Assembly: GCF_964204645.1 (NCBI RefSeq)
Contig: NC_134025.1
Coordinates: forward strand, 15,190,001-15,254,000
DNA length: 64,000 bases
From: Tubulanus polymorphus
Lineage: Eukaryota; Animalia; Nemertea
Direction of reading: 5' to 3'
Shown: positions 22,470 through 33,811 of the stretch, in pieces
How positions within the stretch are numbered: position 1 is the stretch's first letter
Layout of the letters: every line of letters starts with the position of its first letter
The notes under the pieces: generated by a model
Told to the model about the DNA's origin: nothing
The model's database searches: none
What the model saw: only the letters and a program-made list of their open reading frames with translations
Made by a program: the position numbers and the translations under genes

Positions 22470-23264
22470 GTCTTTATTCGTTCCACTAATGGGTGAAATA
22501 ATGGATAAATACCACAGTAACTGAATATAAGGTCATTTTTAGGAATTAGGCTTTATACGTTTTCCGATTCGAAGTTTTTCATTGGGAATTTTTCGAATAT
22601 ATACCGTGTGCAATTATGTAATTTCTCTAACTTTTTGTTATGCATTAGTAGACCATAGAGAAAACTCATAATTATACGCAAATATAATTGCATCAATCGA
22701 GATATTTCATAAAGATTCTTTGCTCCAGATACAACAAACTTGGCTTCAACCATTTAACTTAGATATTCTGACCATTTAAGATATCACTTGATAGAAGTCA
22801 CACAGATTTTCCAGGTACTATAAGCTCTACAAGCAAAATTGCTCATAGTGAGTTTACTATAGTTTTCAAAGTATCATTTGTTTATATAAACATACGCTGT
22901 TTAAATGTCTGGGTCAGCAAACACAAATAGTAACACACTCGTGTACAGACAGACCACATGTGGTTAGGGACAGGACTGTTGTTGTGCTATGCTAATGACT
23001 TACTTATATGCCAATATCCGATTGTGGTGCCATCTGGTTACTACAGGAGTACCCAGTAAAATGCTTGTGAGGCTATGAAAATCCATGAAAAAGAAGGGAG
23101 ATCTTTCGCCATCTAGTGAGAAAGTGTGCTGCTTCTCATAGTTAAGCAGCTATGATCTATATAGGAGAGATTCCACTGAGTCAAACGATACCAAAATTGT
23201 ATTTTTAAGTTGAATAGTAAATCTGTCACAGAATCTCAAACAAAGGGAAAATAACCCATTTTAC

Positions 23265-23771
23265 GAGTTGTACATTTTTAGTCTTTATGAATTTTTGGTA
23301 ATATTGATAGTTTGTGGTTGTTCTGATTCCATTTATTATACATATTTTTTTACTAAATTGATTTTAGAAGTTCAATGATTTATATATGTATTATTTCAAT
23401 CACACTTTACTAACACTTTTAATGTTTAAAAATCTGACTCATACAAATATAAATATTGAAATAATGTTGTAAATATATCTATATATCTATTCTATAAGAG
23501 CTTACACTTTTATATTGAATAATCTATCAATTTAAATGCTATTCATATATATTTTATTCATGCATATGAATATTTTAAGAGTAATAGGGGTTTAGTTGTT
23601 CTAGGTTAAAGGTTGAATGGTTGAGAAATTTTCCAAATGTGAAATAATAATAATTTCTACTTGAATTAGGAGTGTGCGCGACTAATTCAAGTAGAAATTA
23701 TTGTTATTTCACATTTGGAAAATTTCTCGACCGTTCGACCTTTGATCTAGAACAACTTAACCCCTATTACT
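23265..23771 (-). mobile_element. Relic terminus of a related hairpin-ended element (192-bp palindrome 23580-23771 plus start of a first gene)
   Basis: AGTAATAGGGG..CCCCTATTACT ends, shared AAAGGTTGAATGG and TGATTTTAGAAGTTCAATGATTTA blocks with 12800-12900; TAAATG at 23330-23335. Confidence 0.8.
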
Positions 23772-24504
23772 GCCAAGGATATGAATGGTTTGTGATGATA
23801 TTATGTTAACTAAATTCATTTGTTGGTTGAACGATTTCAATTAATATCGCAATATTTAGCATTCGTGATATAATTAATATAGATAGAGATATGGCCATTT
23901 GTCCATTGTTTATGTTAGCAAAAGATTGCATTTGATATAGAAGGCTTTAAAATGTTTTGATGTATGGTTGAGATTTTCAAAATAAATGTTATGCTTACAT
24001 GAGATAATTGGAACTAGATGTTTTATTTCATTTTTTATCAAGTATCGATGGATGAGAAGTCTTTCGACGATGTGCAGTTAGCCCATTAGAGTTTGCCTTA
24101 AAATACTTTACTCTCAGTCTGCTGAATTTAATTCATACCGCCGTTACAGTACCATAAAATTCACACTAAATCTTTAGCGTCATTGGAATAGGACGTCCCC
24201 TGTTTCACATCCGGCAGGTGTGGTGCCGGTGGGTAAGTTTAATAAGGTACACCAAATCTATTAAAACGATCGCTATTTTAAAATCAAAACATCCCGAAGA
24301 AATTGGGGATTCGAACCTATCGGATATATACTGGTACTCGGCGTCTTTCCACTTAACAAAACATCGTCAATAACATTAGTTCTTATTATTGCTAAGTAGC
24401 GGCGCTACCGGTGCTGTCGATCGGAGATTAGAAACTTTCTACCTTTTGCCATTACAAGGAAGTAAAGAATGGGGCTACTAAGACTTGCGCGCCACCTATC
24501 CCTC

Positions 24505-26717
24505 GCTCGCCAGCGCGGTGGTTCCTATTGGGACCAGCTCCGAGCGAATCTAAGCGCTATTACTCCAAATCTCGAACAAATGTATGCGAGCGGCCGAGGA
24601 GTTCAAGAACTCTGGGACTTTTTCAAAAGGAATCTTAAAGCGAGCGTTGACCGGCATAATGCGTCTAAAACCTGTCGAGGTATAAAATTCCTACCGTGGG
24701 TAAACAGGTCCATCAGGATGAAGCTTCTCCGTCGTAAGAAGCGTCTCTACGCGAAAGCTAAAAAAAAGAAAAAACTGGAAAACCTATCGTCAATTCCAGA
24801 AAGACTGCAGACGGGAGATACGTAAAGCAGAATGGGATCATATCAATAATACGATCCAAACCAGTCTGGACAATAAAGACACTAAGCCATTCTGGAGGTA
24901 TATTAAGTCTAGACGCAGAGGCAACGTAGGCGTATCACCACTAAAAGAAGTTGGCAAACTGCATTGTGATGGAAAAAGTAAAGCTAGGATTCTCCTCAAT
25001 TAGTTTAAATCGGTATTCTCAACTTCTGATGACCAACCACCTGATGCGACAGGTATAACTGGGGATAATTACCCAAATATCCGCGGTATCATAGTTGACG
25101 AAACTGGAGTGAAGAAACTGCTCACCAACATTAATCCATCCAAAGCATGCGGTCCGGATGGTATTCCGAACATGGTATTAATGTGTGCCGATAACCTCTC
25201 ACCCATGTTTACACGAATATTCCAGCGATCATTGGACACTGGGCTCCTGCCATCTGACTGGCGTCGCGCCAACATCTCTAGTATTTACAAGAAGGGCGAT
25301 AAACACCTTGCCGAAAATTACCGTCCGGTATCTCTCACGTCGGTGTGCTGTAAGTTACTAGAGCACATAGTTTACCGCCACGTACGTACTCACCTTGAGG
25401 ATCATTCAATTTGGCGGATTTGAACCACGGTTTTCGTAGTGGTTATTCTTGTGAATCGCAGCTACTCACCACCACACATGACCTCCTCACATCATATGAC
25501 TCTGGAAACCAAGTGGATATAGCGGTACTCGATTTCAGTAAGGCATTCGACACCGCATAATAAACTATTGTCAAAGCAATTATGGTATCCGTGGTCATTT
25601 ACTTGACTGGTTGTCCGATTTTTTATGTTATCGTACCATGTCGTTACGGACGGCGAATCGTCTGAAGACGCGCATGTCGGATCTGGAGTTCCGCAAGGAA
25701 CTGTCTTAGGTCCGCTCTTATTTTTAGTGCACATGAACTATCTCCCTGACGTTGTTAGGTCGCAAGTGCGGCTGTTCGCAGAAGACTGTCTGCTCTATCG
25801 AACTATAAAAACTTTCCAGGATCATATAACCCTCCAACAGGATTTAGAGAATTTAGAACATTGGGCCCTCCGATGGGGCATGAAATTTAACGCACGCAGG
25901 TGTTATATCATCCGCGGCCGTGAAAAGTCGCAGTACCTCTATTTCTTAGATAATGTGGCTCTCAAACAGGTTCAGTCGAGCCCATATCTTGGCCTCCTGT
26001 TATCAGAAGACCTGATGTGGGGCAAGCACATAGACAGTATCGTCAAGAAAGCAAGCTCTACACTCGGTTTCCTAAGAAGGAACTTACGCCACTGTACCGA
26101 AAACAGTAGGCGCACTGCCTACCTAGCGCTGGTTCGTCCAATACTCGAGTACGGAGCGTCGGTTTGGGACCCGCACGTCAGGTCGGACATCGACCATCTC
26201 GAACGCATTCAAAAACAGGCAGCGCGCTTCATTACACAGGACTATAAGTCGCGTGAACCGGGCTGCATCACCAAGATGCTCAACAGACTCTGTATACCAA
26301 CCCTGAGGAACGCCGTAAGAAGATCCGCTTGACTTTTCTGTACAGGGTGGTTGAGGGGTTAGTACCAGCTATGCCAGCCAACCAGTATTTAAAGCCAATC
26401 CGGCCAAATAAGCGCAGAATCAGGCTAGCAAGCCACCTTAAAGACTTTGAAACTGACAATCGTACTGAGCGTTTTGTCACAAACAACTCTAAGTGTTTCC
26501 AGGTCCAGTTCTGTCAAACGGACAAATTCAGACATTCCTTCTTTCCGAGAAAAATTATCGATTGGAACCACCTAGACAATCATCAAGTTTCAGCAGAAAC
26601 CATCGACGCCTTTAAATCGGCGCTACCACTATCTAAATTTCCGTCCCTCTCTCTCTACCGTTGCTGTTGATGCCTTATTGTATTTCTGCAACGTAACAGA
26701 TGTAGATGTAGATGTAG
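24505..26717 (+). mobile_element. 5'-truncated, degenerate non-LTR retrotransposon (CR1/L2/Jockey-group RT)
   Basis: KACGPDGIP, NYRPVSLTSVCCKLLEHI, GVPQGTVLGPLLFL, LFAEDC, YLALVRPILEY, SFFPRKIIDWN; (GATGTA)n 3' tail; many frameshifts. Confidence 0.9.
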
Positions 26718-29296
26718 CTTCGGGAAGTGATATCACACTCTTCGACATTGTACTGTTGTAGAACATGCCCCAACATCCTTTCCTCGCCAAATTTCTCGAT
26801 TGCTGTGACAAGCCTAAAAGAAAAATAAACTGGCATAATAATTGTATTTATAAATTGTATCAACTTCATAGAGATCATAGTAATGAGTCAGTTTAGGTCT
26901 AGCTAGTGTCTATTATTTTCGTCTGGGATCGCGATTTTTGGGGATATTTCTCATTTTCAGTCCAACAGCGTAGGCAGCAGCCTAGTACTAGCTCAAAATG
27001 CCCTAAAACCTGATGATGTATCCATGATATCAGCTAATAAACCTGAGTCAATCAATTTGTAATCATTACAACATAATAGTTCTAATAACCTAATCATTTT
27101 AAGTGTTATTTTAGCAATAAAATGCATTGGATTTGATGCCGCTTCAAATAGGCCTTAAAATTGAAGCAACTCAGCCGCAAATATCAAATACCATGTAAAT
27201 ACAATAACACTTACCTTACGTAACACTTGTAATTACACTTGTTACAACTAGAAGACTGATTATTAGCGATTTTGATAACAAAGAAAACGCGTTCTCAAAT
27301 GTTTTGATACTTTCTCAGTTTGTATCAAAAATATTGCCGATTTTTGGTCCCTAAGTCCTGAAAAATGATAAATTTACAGTGTAAAATCGTACAAACGTGT
27401 CATCTATACCACAAAACACTTTATTTCCTGACCAATTTATGATGTTATGTGTGGGCCATAGACCTCAATATCTGCCTGTGATCTCAACTTTCAATTAAGA
27501 TTACGTAAGCTACTCGTGCCCAAAACGCGACAGGCGCACAATAGAAAGTTACGCGCAGGGTACTTTTATTGTCGCTGACATAGAGGACCGATATTTTTCT
27601 AATTGGATTCGGGAGGTTTAAACCTCCCAAGGTCAATTTACTAAAATTGTGACCTTCAGGGAGATTCTACGAAAGGCGATCGTAATCAATTTTGGTTGAA
27701 GTTGATACCATAATGCTCACTGGTTTTAATGTCAAACCATGTAGTCCATATTTGGTAAGTTGTAAATTACTTAAAACCGAAAGAAAAAACCATTATTGGA
27801 TCGAGTTTTTCCTAATTACACGAATTACTTGAAATATCTAATAAATGAAATGTATACACAATACCAATAAGAACAACCTGATTTGATTCTGTTAGGAATT
27901 CATTCCTATATTTTCGTCATAAAAATCGGAGGCAGTATTTCTCATTGATTTTTTCAGTAGCGTCATTTCAGCCATGGACTGTAAAAAAACGTTACTGATT
28001 CCATGGTTAAGCTCGTTTTCGAATAAAATATTGCATTTGATTCATTTTTCGTAAGTTGTGGTTTTGTCAAAGCTATATTTTCACAGTCCGATCAGTGATA
28101 CAAATAGATAGTCAGTTACCAACGGTATAGCCAATAATCTACAGAACCACCCGAATAGCGAAAATTAGCAAATCGTACCAGTGATACCAGTTTTTGTCAT
28201 GATTTTATCGAACATGTCATTCAATAATCGATGTGATCGGGTAAAAACTCGCCCCGTAAAGGTCCCTTTCAGTAAAAATCCCCTAGTTAAATATACCCCA
28301 AGGTAAAGGCCCCTGGTAACGAACCCGAATAAAGATTTTTCAGTGTCTAGTTGGATGTTGTTTTCTTGTTCCTCTGTATACCTTCTCTATCAGATAGAAA
28401 TGTTGTTAACTGCAACTATCCGTTAATCAAACTGTTGAATTATTTTTGATAATCGGGAGTGATGAAAAAAATGTTAGGAATGAAAATTAACGGTTTAGCT
28501 ACTTATATTTAGTTTAAAATCATGTGTTCTGCTTTAACAAATGCACTGTTTTATCTAAAAATATTATCTGACCCGAGTGCCTCAATCAGGGCTACATCAA
28601 CAGTCCATCTCACTGATTACTTCATCACAAATAATCACCAGCCATTGAAATGTTTAATCCTCATACAATACAATACAATTATCTCAAATCTAAATTTCAT
28701 GAGATAAATGCTCCTAGATTTCATAGGTTTTATTCCAACTGTTGCGACAGTCATATCAAAACTGGACTATTCATATCAATAGACGTTAAACTGGACTGTT
28801 AATATATGAAAAGTCTTTAAGGCCATATCATATATCTGAAGTGCGCTATGTTTTGCCTTGCAGTAATAATTTGATTTGTCACATGATTACTCCATATCTT
28901 CATATAATTTCCAAATAAACGAATACATTTCCATTGTTATGTTAAATGACATCAGCAAAAGCAAATAGACACAAACTACTACACTACTGTGTTTAGGATG
29001 GTTTAAGAGATTGGACGCCGATTGATACGAAAAGTAGATTTCATGCAATCATTTTCTTTCTTTAAAATCGTTGCGAATTAACGCGCGAGTGTTCGACTCT
29101 GGACGAACGGTTAATGGAATTTTATCGGGTTAGTCTTTCTATAGCCGACTAGCTAATGAATACCAGTGATTAACCATAAGTAAATAAAGAAGTTACTTGG
29201 GATGTTTAATCAATTGATGACAATTGATACAAGTAAAACCAGGCCTATGAGACACCCGTAATGTAAAATGATATCATGCAAGATATTCATATAAGC

Positions 29297-29568
29297 TGAG
29301 ACGAGAAGATACACAATATCCGTGTAAGAAGATAACAAGAGAAATCCCACAATAAGTTCAGCCAAAACGAGAAACTTGAATAGAAGAGTTATATATATTT
29401 GCGCAACGTTTCGGCTAAAGACTATTAGCCATCATCAGGCGTACTGATACCCTAGCCAGTACGCCTGATGATGGCTAATAGTCTTTAGCCGAAACGTTGC
29501 GCAAATATATATAACTCTTCTATTCAAGTTTCTCGATTTGGCTGAACTTATTGTGGGATTTCTCTTGT
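29297..29568. mobile_element. Penelope pLTR-only insertion forming an inverted repeat, flanked by 13-bp target-site duplication
   Basis: 29297-29446 matches the Penelope 3' end at 33348; inverted copy follows a short spacer; TATTCATATAAGC at 29284-29296 and 29569-29581. Confidence 0.9.
29461..29502 (+). ncRNA. Minimal type I hammerhead ribozyme (opposite-strand copy at 29401-29442)
   Basis: ACGC-CTGATGA-TGGCTAA(TAGTCT)TTAGCC-GAAAC-GTT-GCGC; Penelope pLTRs are known to carry such motifs. Confidence 0.78.
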
Positions 29569-29889
29569 TATTCATATAAGCGTATTTTAGTCCTGATTTG
29601 AATGAATGTACCCACATTTTAGGCAATGAATCGAGACTTGGTTTTATCCCATAGCGTCAACGCTAGTACATGCTTGAGATGAGATTGTTGGTTTATATTT
29701 TGAACTCTGTAAAGAAGTTTTGTACATTTAAGCGTGAATGACGCACTGTGATGAACTATTGTACGAAATAACATATTAAATTCAATGAAAGAATCTTAAT
29801 GTTCCAAAAGGAATATAAGTGTAGTTAAGATTAATAGTTGTTTTTTTTCTTAATGAAAACCGATGATATAAAATAATTTAGCTTATTAT

Positions 29890-30945
29890 CCCCAAAGTAA
29901 AAATCCCCCGGTAAAATATTCCCAATATTTGATCTAACTAACATAAAATCAACACAATTTATTATGTTAAAAAAAACTCAACTCATAGATTCTAGATTTT
30001 ATTGCACTTCTATTAACTGAAGATGATAGTAATGATGTATAGATGTATAATATGATGACCGAACGTTTGATGAGGAATAACTACTGTGGTTAGATACAAT
30101 TCTCATTCTTAGGATACGAATCGGTTGATTGAATTCGGTCATTTAAACTACTGGCTAATTTACAATGGTCACTATTGAAACGATTAATTGAAGTGCCCTT
30201 GAAATCAAGATAGATTCCTGTTGCGTAAATTAACTAATTTTTAAGCGACCACCTTCTATTGTCGGTATTCGGTTAGCTCTTGGTTAGCCAGAAGTTTTAC
30301 CATACAGACTCGGACTAGATGATTGACTTAAATCTTTGAATCAAAATATTGTCACTGGAGTAAATATATATTCCTTATTACACTTTCAGCAGTGATCATA
30401 TTTTATATGTAAATTGAAGGTATTACTGTCATCTAAAGTTAATAAGGTATTAGAATCGCAAAATTTAAGTTGTTCAAAACCAACATGAAAATGAGAAGAA
30501 AATACACAATATCCGTGTATGGTGAATAACGAGACAAATCCCACGATGAATTCAGCTAAAAATCAAATGTTCTACGAGCAATGTTTCGGCTAATGCTATT
30601 AGCCATTAGCCATCATCAGGCCCCCGTCGACATGAAAATATTGATACGTAAATCGAATCCATATCATAAGCATACTATACCACAAGTTAAAAAGAGTTAT
30701 TTAGTTCGAATTAAAAGATAGAAAAATAAAAATATGAAAAGATAGTATGAATAAAAAGTTCATTAATTTCATTTATTCTATGAATTTATTTAAAGATTTA
30801 TTTCAACAAAAGAGATCAATGCACAGTTAAATATATTGCAGTTGTATTGTGGATGAATATGTTTGAATAAATATCGTGCTTTCAAATGTTCTTGAAAAAT
30901 CGCCAAGTGAGGATTTTACCTAGGGGATTTTTACCTACAACCATC
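29890..30945. mobile_element. Older copy of the foldback-like MITE family, containing an old Penelope pLTR relic at ~30490-30620
   Basis: GTAAAAATCCCCCGG at ~29897 and GGGGATTTTTACC at ~30923; 30100-30150 is the reverse complement of 31772-31822. Confidence 0.55.
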
Positions 30946-31387
30946 TAAAATGCCCCAGGCCCTAAATCCAGTAGGTTTATGGCGAAAGGTTAAGATTAGG
31001 AATGTATTAGCAATATAATTTTTTGAAACAGTATTTTGTCTCCCGATGATTTGATTTGCAGGTCAGACTTAATGTTGACCAAAGTTCTTAAAGTGAATTG
31101 CTTTAAAGTAATAAATATCAATGAAACAATATTATAAATTTTGAAGTGAGTTATTTTGTAATAATCCAATTTGAGTGCACTCCGATGCATGCTAAATTCT
31201 TATAAATTCATTTATAAATTGAATTGATACATTTTCCCTCCTCACTTATTCATTCTATATTAGTTCTACTAATGAACATAACAGTGGCTTGTGCCTAATG
31301 TCAATAAGGAGCGATTGGGTGCCGCCTCTCTGTGTTAATCTATCACGAAAGATTTAACTCGATTAGAGCCGCTGAAAACGAATGTAT

Positions 31388-32110
31388 GTAAAAATCCCCC
31401 CGGTAAATATCCCCCGGTAAAAATCCCACAAGGCAAAAATCCCCCCAGGTAAAAATTCCCCTAGGTAAAAATCCCCCCTGGTAAAAATCCCCCCATATCC
31501 ACTTTTACTATCCATAAAACTAGAGTAGAAAAAATTAACTTTTTACAACATTATTTAGGAATACATAAGTACATTAGGTATTTTATTTTTACTTTTAAAC
31601 CATAGTTTTTATAGAAAATTTCAAAATTATGATAGTGTCATTTTTGATGCATGTAGCTTGCATGTCGTATATGCTAAGTCACATAATAATGTCATTTTTA
31701 TGCACGTAGCTTGTTAAATGTCACAGATTATCCGAGGTGAATATTGTGACCAACACCACGGAGAAATGCCTCAGTTTAAATGACCGAATTCAATCAACTG
31801 ACTCGTACCCCTAGAATAAGTATTTTGTCTCTACACTTATTATTCTTTATTAAACGTTTGGTAACCGTATTTAATGGATGGAATTACTATACTAGAGTTA
31901 AGTAAAGCAATAAAGTGCAATAAGATTTCGAATCTATATTTTTTCAAACATAATAGCTGTTGAAAATTTTAGTGAAATCAATTATGGGGGGATTTTTACC
32001 TAGGAGGGATTTTTACCTAGGGGGATTTTTACCGGGGGATTATTACCTAGGGGGATATTTACCGGGGGGATTTTTACCGGGGGGATTTTTACTGGGGGGA
32101 TTTTTACCTG
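31388..32110. mobile_element. Foldback-like MITE whose inverted ends are arrays of 15-16-bp GGTAAAAATCCCCCC units
   Basis: About 7 units at 31388-31496 and about 8 inverted units at 31984-32108; non-coding interior. Confidence 0.75.
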
Positions 32111-33451
32111 TATTTCTTTGCAGCCTAGAGTTTATGCATACATGTTCTAAATCAAGACAAAATGCTCTATATCAGAGCCTATACTAAAGCATGCACTCAT
32201 AATTCGTTCAAGAGTCCGAGGCTTAATTGTGAGAGTTGTTATACAATGAGTAATTAAATGGTGGGATTACAATGGGAGAGATCATTTCATCAGCCACATC
32301 GTTGCCCCAGGGAGTTAGTTATATTCGTTATAGCCAAAATACCTTGACCATGGACTCTAAAACGTTTTAATGTCTAAATCGTTTTAGAGTCCATGACTTG
32401 ACAGAATATAGAAATTTGCCCAGAAAAAGTTATGCATATTCCAACAAAAAAGAATCAATAGAGACTTATATTATTTGAATTTAAATGAAGAGACGAGTAG
32501 TACTTTAAAGGTTAACTATTTATTTCGACGCACGAGCTTTCGCTTCTAATGTATAGAAGCTTCAATGAGTGAATTATTAGAATTGGTACATGTAGTAAAT
32601 TTCGGAAACAAAACCTAGTCTTAAGAACTACCAACATGGTTCCTACAGCCCCTCAAATCCCTCAAAAACCCTTCAAATTCCAAAATCCATTTTTGAGGGT
32701 ACAAAATCCCTCAAATTCTGAGTTTAAGCCCTTGGCTCCTCAAAATCCCCTCAAATTCTGACAATTGTATCTCTCAGAGAATTTTGTATCACCTATTTCT
32801 AAAGGACCTTTCATTTTTCAAACATTCTCTCAATGTAGGCCCCTACATCATGAATTGTGAGACAGAGTGAATTATGCATTGTGTTGTTTGTTGATAATCA
32901 CAGCAGATCATTGCTTTAATTACTGTGTACACAATGATGGATTGGCATTTTATACTGCGATTGTCTTGCTGGCCAGATTAGTTTAAACAATGGTCATAAG
33001 TGGGCTATAGGCCTTGTTATCATCCCCAAGTGTCCAGACTAACTTTCTCAATCATTTTGGAATGTTCTACGAGCAATGTTTCGGCTAATGCTATTAGCCA
33101 TCATATCAGGCCCCCGTCAACATGAAAATATTGATACGTAAATCGAATCCATATAAGCATACTATACCACAAGTTAAAAAGAGTTATTTAGTTCGAATTA
33201 AAAGATAGAAAAATAAAAATATGAAAAGATAGTATGAATAAAAAGTTCATTAATTTCATTTATTCTATGAATTTATTTAAAGATTTATTTCAACAAAAGA
33301 GATCAATGCACAGTTCAAATATATTGCAGTTGTATTGTGGATGAATATGAGACGAGAAGATACACAATATCCGTGTAAGAAGATAACAAGAGAAATCCCA
33401 CAATAAGTTCAGCCAAAACGAGAAACTTGAATAGAAGAGTTATATATATTT

Positions 33452-33493
33452 GCGCAACGTTTCGGCTAAAGACTATTAGCCATCATCAGGCGT
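33452..33493 (-). ncRNA. Penelope pLTR hammerhead ribozyme
   Basis: Reverse complement reads CTGATGA-stem-GAAAC-GTT. Confidence 0.78.
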
Positions 33494-33811
33494 ACTGAGT
33501 ACAGGAGAATATTACAAGATATTTATACAAGACCAAAACAATAGAAGCAGAGTGAGTGATTAAAATATTGAAAGGGGAATAGATTAAAGTAATGACATAA
33601 CAACTAGAAAACAATGCTAAAGTAAGCAAGGCAAACTAGGGGCAATGTAGATAAAAGTAATTAATAAACAAAGACACAAGCTAAAGTGATTAAAACGGGA
33701 GGACAAGCTAAGGGGTAATCAAATAAAACAAAGAGAAGGAACATGAAAGGCGATAATCAGTGAGTGAGTGGAAACAAGCAAACTATGATAAAGGCAAAAC
33801 AATGGAGGGAA

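Larger units (their letters stand above)
14408..29488. repeat. Left arm of a giant inverted duplication (mirror 38443-64000); outer end not defined in this window
   Basis: Mirror ORF pairs give constant coordinate sums (67931-67934 inside, 78408-78415 beyond the Gypsy insertion); window end is the reverse complement of 14408 onward. Confidence 0.97.

Noticed and set aside
24285-24360. tRNA-like A/B box on the minus strand (AGTGG..GGTTCGAATCCCC; mirror ~43575-43630)
   Set aside because: No cloverleaf can be built; at most a decayed SINE head
31960-32187. 75-aa ORF with GGFLP repeats
   Set aside because: Translation of the MITE terminal repeat array
32640-32760. Degenerate CCCTCAAA(T) repeats as telomeric sequence
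   Set aside because: Irregular, interspersed and not a canonical telomere unit; likely part of an unclassified repeat
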